Positions 47,932 to 62,880 of a DNA stretch of 64,000 nucleotides are shown here, piece after piece. Within the stretch, counting starts at the first letter, position 1, and each line of letters starts with the position of its first letter. Location of the stretch: assembly GCA_964016885.1 (NCBI GenBank), contig OZ024742.1:146692001-146756000 (forward strand). The letters run 5' to 3'. A program made the translations under genes and the position numbers. The notes beneath the pieces are model-generated. The model did not search any database. It had not been told where the DNA came from and worked only from the letters and a program-made list of their open reading frames with translations. This DNA comes from Eledone cirrhosa (Eukaryota).

Positions 47932-49661
47932 ACATATGTATGGATTTGCTTAACTACCATTGATTGGTCTGCATATTGATAATTTTGCACTCTGTAACAA
48001 TCGTAAAGCAATAGTTTAATTAACTACTTCCCCTTGTCTTATTCTTTCATTGTTTAACATTATATATAATATTTCTTCATGAGATCAGTCAAGGTTTGAT
48101 AATGTCAGTTTCAGTTAAAACTCTATCAATGGACCACACTTTCAATAGAACTTTTATCAGCAAAGTGCAGTCCATAGAGAACAAATTCTTAAGTCTGACA
48201 ATCAACATAAATTTCCATTTGTTTTGATTTCTATTTGTCAGATATATTTGGATAAATTTTCAGCTAAGTTTTTCCTGTCATGTTTTTGTGTAGCTTCTAT
48301 TCTTACAACCAAAGATATGACAGAACTTTGAATGATTCTGTTGACTTCCATAGATATTACCATAGCTACCACTGATTTTGAAATGTAGCCCCTCATTCTT
48401 GCTCTCATCCCTATCACTGCCTCCCCAGCCGGGTCAAGGAAACACCAAGTGTTCCAATGTCAAAAATAATGCTGGTGCCACAATGAAATTCACTCAGCCC
48501 CTCTGTAAAGTGATAGTGTTGGTGCCACAATAAATGCACCCAGCTCATTCTGTAAAATGGTAATGCTGGTGCTATGATAAAAAGCACCCAGTTGATCCTG
48601 ACAGTTGGTAGAACTGGAGCTATGATACCCAGTACATACCATGAAATAGTTGTCATTAGGAAAAGCATCCAGCCATAGTACCTATGCCAAAATAAGACAT
48701 ATGTGCAAAATATCATCTAACATGTCTGGCCTCAGAATGTAACACCCTGTCTAACCCATGCAAGCTTGAAAACTGGTGATGATGATAATGATGATTGTTC
48801 CACTGATTGTTTATCCAAGATACTCCGAGAATTCATAAAAGGTATCCCATTTGAAAAATTACTCACATATTCGAAACACTCTGGAGTAATAGTAATGAAA
48901 ATCATTAATACATATATACTGTGCTCTTACACAGAAGATGAGGTAGCAGTCATATGATGACAGCTTAAAATACACAAAGTATGCCTATATGTGTATTTAT
49001 TATACATAAATATAATATATTTAAGTTCATAATGCCTTTATTCTGAAACATGCTGTGTTAGGGTTGTTGCCAATTAATACTAGCCCATTAAGCTTGCACA
49101 GTATGTAAATACATATGTATGAATCTGAAACTACTGATAGAGTCACAGGGGTGCCATAGGGATATACAGGGTATCATGAGCATTTTAAATCTGGTGCAGC
49201 CCATGCCATCTACAGGTTTGAACACAGTCAATTTCTTCCAGAGAAGGAGAGAATGAGAGAGAGAAAGTGAGAAAGAGATATAGAGGAAGAGTTGACCCCA
49301 ACTCAGAACTGATAGTTATTTTTATTGAACTTGAAAGGATTAAAGGCAAAGTTTACCTCGGTGGGACTTGAATTCAGAGCACAGAGAGCCAGAATAAATA
49401 TAGTGCAAAGCATACTATTCAATTAGCTACCTATATTTGTAAATAAAGTATCATCTTCTTTAGTGTTGGCGCCACATATTATGCACCCAGTAGACTCTGT
49501 AAACTAGTTGTGCTGCTGCCATGATAAAATGTACTTTGTAAAGTGGTTGATGTTAGGATTGGTGTCCAGCCATAGAAACCAAAATGTTGTTATCCAACCA
49601 TGTCTTGCCTTGGACTGTGACTACCTGTCCAACCCATGCCAGCATGGAATACAGGCCTAGA

Positions 49662-49791
49662 ATGATGATGATGATGATGATGATGATAAAGATGATGAGG
49701 ATTATGATGATGGTGATGATGAAGATGATGATGATGGTGGTGGTGGTGGTGGTGGTGGTGGTGATGATGATGATGATGTTGGTGGTGGTGG

Positions 49792-49868
<77 letters not shown>

Positions 49869-49910
49869 GTGATGGGGAGGAGGAGGAGGAGGAGGGGGGG
49901 GGGGGGGGTT
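49662..49910. repeat. (GAT)n/(GGT)n/(GGA)n trinucleotide expansion at the tail of an old RTE-UTR remnant
   Basis: Direct reading. Confidence 0.9.
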
Positions 49911-50179
49911 CACTTTAGTTTCATCATTAATTTTCTACAGAACATCAGATACAGCAGACACATTATTTTCTTGTTTGTGAAGACCATAAAAACCACCAAT
50001 CACTTATTGTTGAAAATATCTTGTTAGGGAAAGTAAATACGTTGACCAGTTGGTGCTATTTATCACACTTGAGATCAATAAACAATTGGTTGTTTCATTG
50101 ACTGATTCATTGTTTGATTGGTTGATGAATGTGAAGTTATATGAAATAGGAGCTCATGCATTTCTATGGTCTATCTCAC

Positions 50180-51440
50180 AATATATATTGTATACCATAT
50201 TATATACCATGTCCCACAGTATATATACCATATCCCACATCATATATACCATATCTTCATTATATTGCCTATATCTCACATTATTTATACAATATCTCAC
50301 ATTATATACCATATTATATACCATATCTCACATTATATAGTCTATATCTCACATTATATATACAATATCTCATATTATATACCATATTCCACAGTATATA
50401 CCATATTATATACCATATCTCACATTATATAGCCTATATCTCACATTATATATACAATATCTCATATTATATACCATATTCCACAGTATATACCATATTA
50501 TATACCATATCTCACATTATATAGCCTATATCTCACATTATATATACAATATCTCATATTATATACCATATTCCACAGTATATACCATATTATATATACC
50601 ATATTATATACCATATCTCACATTATATAGCCTATATCTCACATTATATATATACCTTATCTCACATTATATATACCATATCTCATTATATATACCACTA
50701 TATACATACCATATCTCACAGTATATATATACCACTCTATATACACCATATCCCACATTATATATATCACATCTCACATCATATATACCATATCTCACAT
50801 TATATATACCATATCCCACATTATATATACCATATCCCACATTATATATACCATATCTCATAATATATACCATATCCCACATCATAAACCATATCGCATA
50901 GTATATACCATATCCCACATTATATATACCATATCTCATAATATATACCATATCTCACATTATATATACCATATCTCATAATATATATCATATCCCACAT
51001 AATATATACCATATCTCATAATATATACCATATCCCCACATCATAAACCCTATCCCATAGTATATACCATATCTCATCATCATCATCATCATCATTGTTT
51101 AACGTCTATCTTCCACGTCTATCTTCACATTTTATATACCATATCCCATAATATACATACCATATCTCTCATTATATATACCATATCCCACAGTATATAT
51201 ACCATATTCACGTTATATATACCATATCCCATATTATATATACCATATCCCACATTATATATACCATACCTCACATTATATATACCATATTCCACATGAT
51301 AGACTATATGCCCCAGTATATATACCATATCTCCCATTATATATACAATATCACATATGAAATACTATACCCCACAGTATATATCACATACTACACTATA
51401 TATACAATATCACATACCAAAAACACATTATATACTGTAT
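50180..51440. repeat. ~19-21 bp minisatellite (TATATACCATATCTCACAT) with higher-order repeats
   Basis: Direct reading. Confidence 0.92.
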
Positions 51441-52649
51441 CTGACATTATTTATGAATGACAATATAGAATAAAGAGAGAAGTTTCAAAATGATTTTCTC
51501 ACACCAGATTCTATTCCATCTAAGAAACTTCACATTTTTAATGTTTCCATTACTTGCATGATTTTCAACAATACAATAAAGTTTGTTTTAGGTTCAAATC
51601 ACCCTTGAGGCCATAAACGTATTAAATTAACTCATTTCAAATTTACGAGTAATTCAAGAAAACAAACAAAGAAAGGGGAAAATAAAACGAAGACATTTAG
51701 TAATCATGGTGAGATAGGACAAAAACTACACCAAAGGAAATAATTTATGTCTTTTCAAATAGAAAACCAATTTATCAAAGCAGGAAAAGTGAAACACAAG
51801 AAATATATTGTTTTTCATCACAAGATAATGGACAGTTGTAGTAGTTCTACTTTTTCTGTTCTTCGATACAGTTTCTTTTTTGTATTTGGTTTTTAATGAA
51901 TGAATAAGAATTGATCGAATGGTAATTATATTAAGAAATCCCAAGAGCTTGTTGTTTTCATAACCTTCGTGGAATAAAAAGATCACAATTAATACAGTGT
52001 ATAAGAATACTAAATAGAAATAGTTGACTACTAAAGCAGTCAGCAAGTTCTCTGGCAACAGACTACCATTTCAAATATTTCATTGTAAACTGATGAATAC
52101 TTACGATTTTACTATCTCAAGTGGAAACCCTTTAGTTACAAATGTATTAAGTGGATGCTGAAAGCCAGACAGACAGTGGTGTAAACACGTTTATCATAGT
52201 ATCCTCTAGTTAATGGCAATTTTACTGTATACAGGACGATGGAGTATTGTTTTATCAATCAGGCTAAATATATTTTCTTAGTTTCTGAAGCAATGAATGA
52301 CTGACCGCTATCCAACAAATATTGTGGCAGTTTCATTCATATCCAGGTTGGTCTAGTAGAATATTAGTAAACAATCAGTTATTTTCAAATTACCTCAAGA
52401 AAACTTGACATGAGATTATATATATATATATATATATCATCATCATCATCATCATCATCTTCATCACCACCACCACCACCGCTTAATATCCATTTTTCCA
52501 CGCTAAAATGGGTTAGACAAGATGTCATTTGTGAGTCAGGTCAGGTCAAATAACCGTGTCTTGCTCATACAAAACTGCTTCTGGCTTGGTTTCTCAGCTG
52601 AATACCCTCCCCACTGGATACCTTTTATCATGGCACCAAAATTATCACT

Positions 52650-53840
52650 TGAAGCATAGGCTAAAAGATAGATCTCTGTGGGTGGTGTAAGTTTATGCAC
52701 CAAGCAAGGAGTCCGGATGCAGATCCTTCCTTGATGAGGTCACTGTAGCGTTTGATGTAGTTAAGAGTCATATATCCTGATGGGAAACTTCAATGCACAT
52801 GTTGGCACTGATCACCTGACATGGGGAAGGAGTGATTGGAAGGAACAGCAACCCCAGTGTAAATACAAATAGAGAGGCCTTACTAGACTTCTGTTCTAAT
52901 AATGGACTCTGTATTATGAAAACCTTCTTCCAGCACAGAGACATCCATAAATATACATGGTATAAGGGGAATCAGAGACAGAGATCAATAACTGATTTTG
53001 TTATTGTCTTTGATCTCTTTGATTCTGTACTAGATATTCATGTTAAGAGAGGGGCTGAGCTGTCAACTGATTACCATCTAGTTATATACAACTTGAAATT
53101 ACCGAAAGTCAAAGAAGACCACAAAACTGATAGGTCCAACTCAACCTACAGGATAAAGTGGGAAGTGTTGGTGGATAAGGAAGTCAGGACAAGGTATGCA
53201 GATATTATTACACCCTGAGAAAACTGAAGATGTTGTCACTGATTGGAGATTGTTCAGCTGAGCAATTTCTGCTTCAGCTGTTGAATGCTGAGAGCAAAAG
53301 AGACTTGATGTGGTGCCGGATGGCTGAAGGACACTTTGGTTCAATCCAGGGGTCAAAAATGCCATCCAAGCAAAGAAGGTTTGGAAATAAATCCTCTTTC
53401 TTGCACTTATGGTACAAACAGACATGAATAATTGCAGCAGAAACAGTAAAAACATCCAAAGTTAAGACATTGAAAGACTTTGGGGTTAAGCTGAAATCTG
53501 ACTTCAGATCAACAAATAAAGTGTTCTGGCAGACCATCTGTTGACTGCGTAATAAGAAGTCCTCCTCCACACCTGCTTTCAGGAACATGTCTGGGATGCT
53601 CCTCTCTTCAGAGAGGTGCATCATCGCAAGGTGGAGAGAATACTTTGCTGATCTCCTAAACCCCCAATCACAACAGTATCTTCCGATGTACACAAGGTGT
53701 ATCTGGGAGTGGTGACTAATCTCTCAGAGACTGAAGTCACAAGAGCAATTAAAGAGCTCAAATGTGGCAAGGCCACTGGAGAAGATGGTGTCTAAACCAA
53801 GGTGTTAAAAGCCTTAAATAGAGAAGGTATTCTTTGCTAA
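52650..53840 (+). mobile_element. Second RTE-type LINE, APE and linker fragment
   Basis: VYAP, GNFNAHVG, LLDFC...FFQHRDIHKYTWY...ITDFVIV...LSTDYHLV, RWREYFADLLN. Confidence 0.8.
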
Positions 53841-53849
53841 ACTTACTTT

Positions 53850-54255
53850 TAGGCCTTTCATCTCTAGGTTCTTCTTTCATGCTTCAAATTTTACTTCTAA
53901 CTTTTCTATGGATTCAGCTATGATGGCGTCATCAGCATGTAGGACCCCTCATGGAGTGCCAGTTTTAAACTCCACATTGATGGCTTGAAGGACAATGATA
54001 AACAGAAGTGGACTGAGAACTGATCCCTGGTGGACTGCCACCTGCACTTCAAATTCATTACTGTACTAATTGGCAACTCTCACTCTGCTGGTTGCTCTTC
54101 TATACATAGCCTGCACAGTCCACACAAGCCATTCATCTACACCCACCAGATTATAGAGCCTGAGACTCTGTCAAAGCATTCTCCAGATTAACACATGCTT
54201 GACACAGTGGCTTACTCTTATTTAAGTACCTTTCCTGTAGTTGTCTCACCAGAGA
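53850..54255 (-). mobile_element. RTE RT fragment
   Basis: Minus: VHQGSVLSPLLFIIVLQAI... remnant. Confidence 0.75.
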
Positions 54256-54410
54256 GCCAGTCACATTGATCTTAAAGCACTGAAACAACATATCTCTAGT
54301 GATTGACTGGTGGGACTGTCTGTGTTTCATTCATTTTCCTACTATCTTGAGCTCTGCCGTCGGGGTCATACTTTTTCCTATATATTAACTATATATATAT
54401 ATTAATATAC

Positions 54411-54450
<40 letters not shown>

Positions 54451-54467
54451 CCATATATATATATATA

Positions 54468-54810
54468 TGGAGGCACATGGCTTAGTGGTTAGAGCATTGG
54501 CCTTGCAATCGAAAGGTTGTGAGTTCAATTCTCAGACCGGGTAATGTGTTGTTTCCTTGAGCAAGAGACTTTATTTCACATTGCTCCAGTTTACTCAGCT
54601 GTAGAAATGAGATGATAGGGAATGGGGTCTCTATCATTCCACTGCAACGTGGTCGTGGAGGTGCCACGGTAAAAAAAGCACCCAGCACTCACTGTAAATG
54701 AGGTTGGTGTTAGGAAGGGCATCCAGCTGTAGAAATAAAGCCAGAATCAGTTCCCGTCCCACCCTTGGGAGCAGGGATAAGCAGACGTAAAATGAAATGA
54801 TGATGAAATG
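54468..54810 (+). mobile_element. SINE family 1
   Basis: Matches 4210-4530. Confidence 0.88.
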
Positions 54811-55549
54811 ATATATATATATACGCCATCCAAGCTATTGTTAAAAAAAAGTACAGCAACTTTGTTGGAGTCCCCTTCTTCCTGAATGGTAAAACAACCA
54901 ACATGATTTAGGACTTCTGGTTGATGGATGGTAAAGACATCACAGCAGACATGCATGAAGAGTTCTACTGATTCATCAGTGGTACCTTCGATAAACCATG
55001 TTTCAACTTTCTTCAGTCAATATCCTTGCTCTTTTCTATGTACCAGAATACAAACCAAGTACGTATTAACCAGAGTTACAACTGGGAGGGTAGGAGAGGG
55101 GAATGAAAGTGGGGGTGAAAGATAGTGTCACTGATAGTACACCCACTGAGAGGGTAGAAGGAAGGTGAAGGGAGTGGACAGTGTCACCACTGAGTGAGTA
55201 GGAGATGAAGGACTCAGCTGAGAGGAAGAGGGGGGAGGGGTTAAGGGCGGTATCACAATTTGGAGGAGGAGGAGGAGAGGGATGAAGGACCACGTCGCAA
55301 CTGAGAGGGGGAGAGGAGGGTGAAAGACAGTGACACAACTCAGAGGAGGGTGAGGGAGTGAAGGGACATTGAGGAAATGCCACTGGAGGGAAGCCAAAGT
55401 AGAGATAGACCAAGAAAGACCTGGGGAGAGGTGGTGATAGCTGAGACCCATAGATGAGGCGACAAAGAAATGAGGTGTGTGGAGAGATGCTGCACTGAGA
55501 TGGGCGCATCCAACCTATGCAAGTGTGGAAAAACAGACGTAAAAACATG

Positions 55550-55600
<51 letters not shown>

Positions 55601-56519
55601 ATAGAACTATCTCAAATAAGGCTCAGAATTTATCAAAGGGAAGACTTTAGTAAATTACTTTAAAATAAAGAAACCTTACAAGTGTCTCACCCTAAGGGTA
55701 AACCTCTTATCAAGTGACATAAATCTAGAGAGCTTAACAAATGTTTCCCCTTACTGCAGTTTCACAAGCTAAAGTAACAGAATTTGCCATCTCAATCGGT
55801 TTAAATAGTTATTTCTGCCAGAATCTGTCTGATAATCAGAGAGGATTTCTGTTCCATAGTAAGAGAGATAAAATATATTTACATGTTACAGATCCCATGT
55901 ACACCCTAGATAAGACTTGCATGGTGCACAATAATGTGCATGTGCACAGAATTATCAACAAAATAAAGGTTTTTTACACTACATATTAAGTATAAGAATA
56001 AATATTTTTACTAAGCAATATTATTCATTGAGATGTAACTTTTAAATATATATATATATATACATACACAATAAAAAACGGACCCCCCCACACCCCGCCT
56101 CAAATAAAAAATGGATTTCCCCCCCAAAAAACGGACGCCCCAAATATAAAATAGATCCCTCCCTATTAAAAAAACAGACCTCCCGTCCCCACTTAAAAAT
56201 AGATCCACCAAATAAAAAAACCGATCCACCCCCAAACAAAAAACGAATCCACCCTAATAAAAAATGGATCCCCCCCCCCCAATAAAAAAAAACATTTTGT
56301 ACGAGTGAGACACGGTCTCCTGACCAATCCTATCATGGGAGATGAACGTTAAACGATGATGATGATACATACATTAAAACAACAACAGAAGCCCGGACTG
56401 GAAAATTTATTTTAGAATTTTAATTCTGCGAAATCACTATACATATTTCGATGGCCCACATCTGTCTTCTGATTATGTTGCAAAACAAGGCGATTTCCTC
56501 ATGTGTTATTTGCAGAATT

Positions 56520-58222
56520 ATGTAGATAGAGAAAACTATAGAGCTATAAAGCTGATGGACCAGGTCATGAAAGTAACGGAGTGTTACAGCACAGCTGATT
56601 AGGGGCCGGGTAAAACTAGATAAGATGCAGTTTGGGTTTGTGCCCGGAAGAGGCACCACTGACACTCTCTTCCGTGTGAGGCAGTTACAGGAAAGTACCT
56701 AGCTAAAAGTAAGCCACTCTACCTGGCATTCATTAATCTCAAGAAAGCCTTTGACAGAGTTCCTCATGCTATAATCTGGTGGGCTCTTAGAAAACTAGGA
56801 GTAGATGAATGGCTTGTGAAAGCTGTACAAGCCATGTATAGGGGAGCAGTCAGCAATGTTAGGGTTAACAATGACTATAGCAAGGAATTTAACATACAGG
56901 TCGGTGTCCACCAGGGCTCTGTTCTTAGCCCTCTCCTGTTTATTATAGTATTGCAGGCTATAACAGAGGAGTTTAAGACCAGATGCCCATGGGAACTTCT
57001 GTATGCGGATTATCTTGCACTTATAGCTGAATCTATGATGGAACTAGTGAAGAAATTCCAAACATGGAAGCAGGGATTAGAAAGAAGAGATCCTAGAGTC
57101 AACCTGACAAAGACTAAGGTCCTCGTAAGTAGACAAGAAAACAGAACCCAGATCCCATCAGGGAAATGGCCTTGTGCAGTATGTAGGAAAGGTGTAGGTA
57201 GGAACTCCAACCTCTGCCCCAAATGCAAACTATGGGTACACAATAGATGTAGTGGGATCTCAGGAAGCTTTAGCAGCTGCACCAGGACAGTAAGCAGCAA
57301 ATGGCTACAGGAAACATGCACTACCAAACTCTGGGAGGGCTCTGTAGAAACTGTAGACAACTTCTGCTACCTGGGTGACCGAATTAGCAGCAGAGGTGGG
57401 TGTTCTGAAAGTACAATAACCAGGGTAAAAACAGGATGGAAGAAGTTCAGGGAGCTACTGCCACTGCTAGCTGCAAAAGGCTTTTCCCTCAAAATGAAAG
57501 GCAGACTGTATGATGTATGCATACGAACAGCAATGTTACATGGGCACTGTGTGTAGAAGACTTACGTAGATTAGAAAGAAATGAAGTTTGCATGCTCCGA
57601 TGTGAAATACATGGATGTGAAATACATGAACATCAAAGCATAAACGAATTGAGAGAGAGACTGAGCATAAGAAGAATCAAATGTTGTGTGCAGGAGAGGA
57701 GGTATGGACATGTGATGTGTATGAAGGATGACTGCTGCATAAAAAGGTGCAGAACACTAAAAGTCGATGGAAGCCTTGGAGTGGTGAGACCCAAGAAGGC
57801 CTGGGATGAGGGGATAAAAGCTGACATTGTCCAATTGTACCTCTCAAAGACAATGACACAGGACCGAGACCTCTGCCGTTACACAGTAATACAGAAGACT
57901 CGACTTCCCACGAGTACAAGACAAAGCTGTAGCATATAGACAATATGCCCCCACCCCCTCCCACTGCAAAGTGGTCGTGGAGGTGTCATGACAAAAAAGC
58001 ACCCAGTCCACTCTGTAAAGTGGTCATGTAGGTGCAGCAGTAAAAAAAGCACCCAGTACTCACTGCAAATGAGGTTGCTGTTAGGAAGGGCATCCAGCAA
58101 AATCAGTTCCGGTATGAGCAAGACATGGTCACCCGACCTGGCATTGCCCACAACAGGACAACCCGTCTAACCCATGCTAGCATGGAAGAATGGGCGTAAA
58201 ACGGTGATGACGATGATGATGA
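56520..58222 (+). mobile_element. RTE LINE, 5'-truncated decayed
   Basis: ORF 56816-57556 with QGSVLSPLLF, LYADYL; 3' UTR; (GAT)n. Confidence 0.93.
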
Positions 58223-58309
58223 TATATATATATATATATATAAGTTTATCCTGGGCTCAATCGGGGGTAACCACAGTAAGTAAGGTACTCAATACATAAC
58301 AGAGTATAA

Positions 58310-58424
58310 ATATTTAATATAGAAATGGCTTCTAGAACTGTTTAATTTGGGAGAAATCATCAAAAAGCCCTGATGATTTCTCCCGAATGAAACAGTTCTA
58401 GTCTTGTAGAAGCCATTTCTATAT

Positions 58425-58431
<7 letters not shown>
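58310..58431. repeat. Short palindrome containing a hammerhead core
   Basis: Arms AGAAATGGCTTCTAG.../...AGAAGCCATTTCT; CTGATGA-TTTC-TCCC-GAAT-GAAAC...GTC at 58370-58403. Confidence 0.6.
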
Positions 58432-58463
<32 letters not shown>

Positions 58464-59439
58464 ATATTTGGGGAGGGTCATATTGTTATAATATTGCCAG
58501 AAATAATAACTGTTTGGTTTGGGTTGGTTTTTGCTTCTGTGTCTTTTATACCCAAACAAACAATACTGACCTAAGGGAAATATAAATAAATAAATAAATA
58601 TATACAGAAGTACAATAACAACAAATACACATAAACACACACTAGTGAACAAAGATAGAATACAAAAACACATACACTCAAACACAAACACATAAACCAA
58701 ACAGGAAACACTCGCGCAAATGCATACACAAACAAAGACAGGGACAAGAATAAATTAATTAATTAATTAAATAAAAATGGTGTAGGCATTACAATACAAC
58801 AAGAGGAAACAGAACAGTACCCCTAATTATGTCACAGATGTGTGACAAAAGAACTTTGATTGTCTATATATATATTTATATCTGTATTTTTAACCGTTGG
58901 TCATTCAATGATAAACATTGATTGCCAGATAAATTAACTATGGAGATATAAAAGACACAGAAGTGAAAACCAACCCAAATCATACAGTGAGTGTGTTCTA
59001 TTGTTATTTCTGACAATATTATAACAATATGACCCTCCCCAAATATAACAATATTTATTTCAACACACGATTTCATATGAAAAACCTTGCAAAACATATA
59101 TGTATGTATATATATGTGTGTGTGTATGTATATATGTATGTGTGTGATAATAGGGGAGAGAGAGATAGGTCGGTTTCAGGGAAACCTTAAGAAATATATA
59201 TTTTAGAAATAATTTAATAAGGTAATTGTGGTTGAAAGGAAGTAATTTAGATGAAATATCATTGCATTATGGGACATTACTCTGTAGGAGATAATCATTT
59301 ACGTTCTATTTACGTCATCTAAAAGGGTACTTTAGTTGTTAAGCTATCACTGATCAATATCTTATTATAAGATTGAGCACTAAGTCAATAGGAACTTCAA
59401 ATGTATCTATCATCCTTGTGGCGTTTAAGTAGTTAGTTA

Positions 59440-59507
59440 CATCATGTTATTATTGTAATTATTGTTGTTGTTGTTATCGTCATCATCGCCATCATCCTCA
59501 TTGTTAA

Positions 59508-59565
<58 letters not shown>

Positions 59566-59642
59566 ATTGTTGTTGTTATTGTTGTTGTTGTTGTTGTTGT
59601 TGTTGTTATTATTATTATTATTATTACTACTACTACTACTAT
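59440..59642. repeat. (ATT)n/(GTT)n/(ACT)n microsatellite
   Basis: Direct reading. Confidence 0.95.
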
Positions 59643-59994
59643 TTGGAAAATTATAGAGAACCATCGCTATTGCTTGGTCATGTCTATATTTATGGAGATA
59701 ATGGAAGCAATGGTGGAAAATATAAAAAAGTGTAATTGTTTGAAAACTAAACAGTTTCGGCTTTAATATGAAGAACACATGTTTGATAACAATAGTCATT
59801 AATGAGAGGCTATATTTCTATATATGGTGATAGTTTACATCTGTGGTTCTCAAACAAGAAGAATTTTAGCCATGGGAGGAATTGAGAAGGAAATTTAGCC
59901 AAAGTAGGAATTGGAGATGAGTTGGGGAGGAATGTTTAGTCAGAGAAGGAATCTAAACTGGGAAAGAATATTGTACATTATTCCCAATATGATT

Positions 59995-60412
59995 ATCATC
60001 ATCATCATCATCATCATCATCATTTAATGTCCATTTTCCACACTAGTATGGGTTAGACAGGTTGTCCCATTAAAGGGAAGTTGGATCAGATGACCATGTC
60101 TTGCTCTTATAGAACTGTTTCTAGCTAGGTTTCTATGGCTGGATGACCTTCCTAACGCCAACCACATTTACAGTAAGTGCTGGGTGCTTTTTGTCGTGAC
60201 ACCTACATGACCACTTTACAGTGTGGGCTGGGTGCTTTTTGTTGTGATTGCTACACAGCCACTTTACTGTGTGGGTTGGATGCTTTTTGTCATGACTCCT
60301 ACACGACCACTATACAGTGTGGGCTGGGTGCTTTTTGTTGAGACACCTACATGACCACTTTACATTGTGGACTGGGTACTTTTCTGTTGTGACACCTACT
60401 CGACCACCTTAC
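59995..60412 (-). mobile_element. RTE 3' UTR fragment with five expanded stem-loop subrepeats
   Basis: Five ~45-bp GGGTGCTTTTTGTCGTGACACCTACATGACCACTTTACAG units and (CAT)n tail. Confidence 0.85.
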
Positions 60413-61767
60413 ATTATGTATATATCAAATGCAATACCAATATACTCAAATATGAGCGTTGTCACAAATTTACTGTTCATAAAAGAAAATAATAAATAAT
60501 GTAATTTGCTTTAATAAAATGTTTTAATAATTAACACTATAAAAGTATAATGGTGAAAAAATAATTAAATAGATGGCTTTTGAAAATAAGGTAGCAATTG
60601 AGATGTTTGGGGACCAGAAAGAGAGGAACGTGACCTGTGTCTCAGATAATGACAGTTTTATATATTTAGTATGAATATGTATGTGTGTGTGTGAGCATGT
60701 GTTTGTGTGTGTGTGAGTGTGTGTGTGTGTGACTGTGTGTGTGTGTGTGTGAGTGTGTGTGTGCATGTGTGTGTGAGTGTGTGTCTAAGAGTGTGTATGA
60801 GTATGTGTGTATGAGTATGTGTGTGAGAGTGTGTGTGTGTGTGTGTTATAATAGCAATAGCTATCTCTCACACAGAAAAAAATAAATAAAAACACTGTAT
60901 GAATAAATATCACATTATACAACATCTATTCTCAGAATATAATAAATATTTCAATGATAAACAATGGTTATCGTTAATGGCTAGTGGTGGTGGTGGTGGT
61001 AATTATGATAATGAGGAGCGAGATGGGGATGATGGAGATGATGATGATGAAGGTGGCGGTGAGGATGATGATGGCTGTAGTGTTGATATTGATGATTTTC
61101 ATTATGATGATGATGACGATGATGATGATGAAGATGGGGGTGTGATGGTAATAATGATGATAATGATGAAATATCCTTTATTGGTTTCGACAATGAAGAT
61201 TCAGTTATTCTATCAACAAAGTGAGCAACTCATAAGTTAATGTGTAAATGGTTGAGTATTCCACAGACATGTGTTTCATTAGTGTAATTCCCAAGCTAAT
61301 ACAGCTTGGTACAATATTCAGTACAGCTGGACCTTTCAATTGCAGATACAGTCCATCTGATGGGCTTCCATGCAGTTTCTGTCTACCTCATTTTATTCAT
61401 AAAGCTTGGGTTGGCATGAGGCTATGGTAAATGCTCTTACTCAAGATGCCACACAGTGGGATCAAACCCAGCGAAGCAAACTTCTTAACCATGCTGCCAT
61501 GCCTATGCTTTTGCTATTCAAGCGCTAAGAGCTAATTATAAGCTTCTTCCTCACCCTCCCTAGTTCCCATCCCACACCATGAAGTGGGCCCCCTGGAGCT
61601 ACAACAAAAGTGCCCAGCCTTCACTGTAGAGTGGTTATGTAGGAGTCAAGACAAAAGCACACAGTCCAGACTGTAAAGTGATCGTGTCAGCAACTTGACA
61701 AAAAGCACCCAGCACACACTGTAAATGTACAACAAAGTACATACCATAAGTACATACATGTATTCAT

Positions 61768-62285
61768 GCGTGGGTGGGAAGGATTGGTCAAGAGCTCTGA
61801 AGAAGGTTGCCAGTACATTGGTGGCAACGTGTATAGAGTACAGGGCATTGTACCATGCCACGGGTCTGCTCCAGGCCTTACGGTGTTTAGTGCAGTTGTT
61901 GTGGCTTGGTGCATGTGTAGGTGTTTTGGTCAGGCGTATTTGTCTTAGGAGTTCCTGCTATTCTATTGCCGTTTAATCTAGGGTCTCTATTACTACATAG
62001 TCGTGTGCTATATTCTGAGTCCTTACGGGCGTTGGAGGGTTTAGCCTTATCTCCTTGGCAGTTGTATATATCGCTGCCTGTCCTGCCAGCTAAGGGTGGT
62101 CTTTGCATGGTAGTTATTCTAGGTGGGCTGTCATCGTCTATGTGCGTTTCTGAGGGTCTGTGCAGGTTTAACGGCATTATGTTTCTCGTCTGGTCATTGT
62201 AAGCTATATTCTCATTGTACCCAGCCTTTTCAAATGCAGAGTTATAATATTCTGTGTGCTAGTTTAAGAAAGTTCTGTTCCCTGG
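61768..62285 (-). pseudogene. Penelope-like element ORF fragment (RT thumb to linker)
   Basis: HTEYYNSAFEKAGYNENIAY ... AWYNALYSIHVATNVLATFFRALDQSFPPTH resembles PLE ..YY..AL..SGY.. and WFNPPYS.NV.TN.G..FL...DK.FP..H motifs. Confidence 0.65.
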
Positions 62286-62402
62286 ATATATATATATATT
62301 TAAAATAGGAAAAGAATGACTTCAGTGAAGTCATTCTTTTCCTTTTTTTAAATATACCTAACTGTACCAAGGATTTCACACATTTTCCAATATATATATA
62401 TA

Positions 62403-62775
62403 TTGCAATCGAAAGGTTGTGAGTTCAATTCTCAGACCGGGTAATGTGTTGTTTCCTTGAGCAAGAAACTTTATTTCACATTGCCCCAGTTTACTCAGCT
62501 GTAGAAATGAGGTGATAGGACTGGGGTCCCTATCATTCCACTGCAAAGTGGTTGTGGAGGTGCCATGGCAAAAAAGCACCCAGCACTGTCTGTAAATGTG
62601 GTTGGTGTTAGGAAGGGCATCCAGGTGTTAGGAAGGGCATCCAGCTGTAGAAATCAAGCCAGAATCAGTTCCCATATGAGCAAGACAAGGTAAGCCGACC
62701 GGATACTGCCCACAACAGGACAACCCGTCTAACCCATGCTAGCGTGGAAGAACGGACGTAAAAAACGGTGATGAT
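62403..62775 (+). mobile_element. SINE family 1, 5'-truncated
   Basis: Matches 33697-34093. Confidence 0.88.
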
Positions 62776-62880
62776 ATATATATGATGCAGCACTCACTTA
62801 AGTTACATGTGACATTTTAGATTTTATGTCTTTCCATTTTTTCTTTCCATCCATGTTTTCTTCTATTCCTTCTTCTTCAC

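Noticed and set aside
48867-48880. 14-nt minus-strand microexon (ccag|AGTGTTTCGAATAT|gtgagt)
   Set aside because: Isolated, not frame-preserving, and expected by chance in 64 kb without transcript evidence
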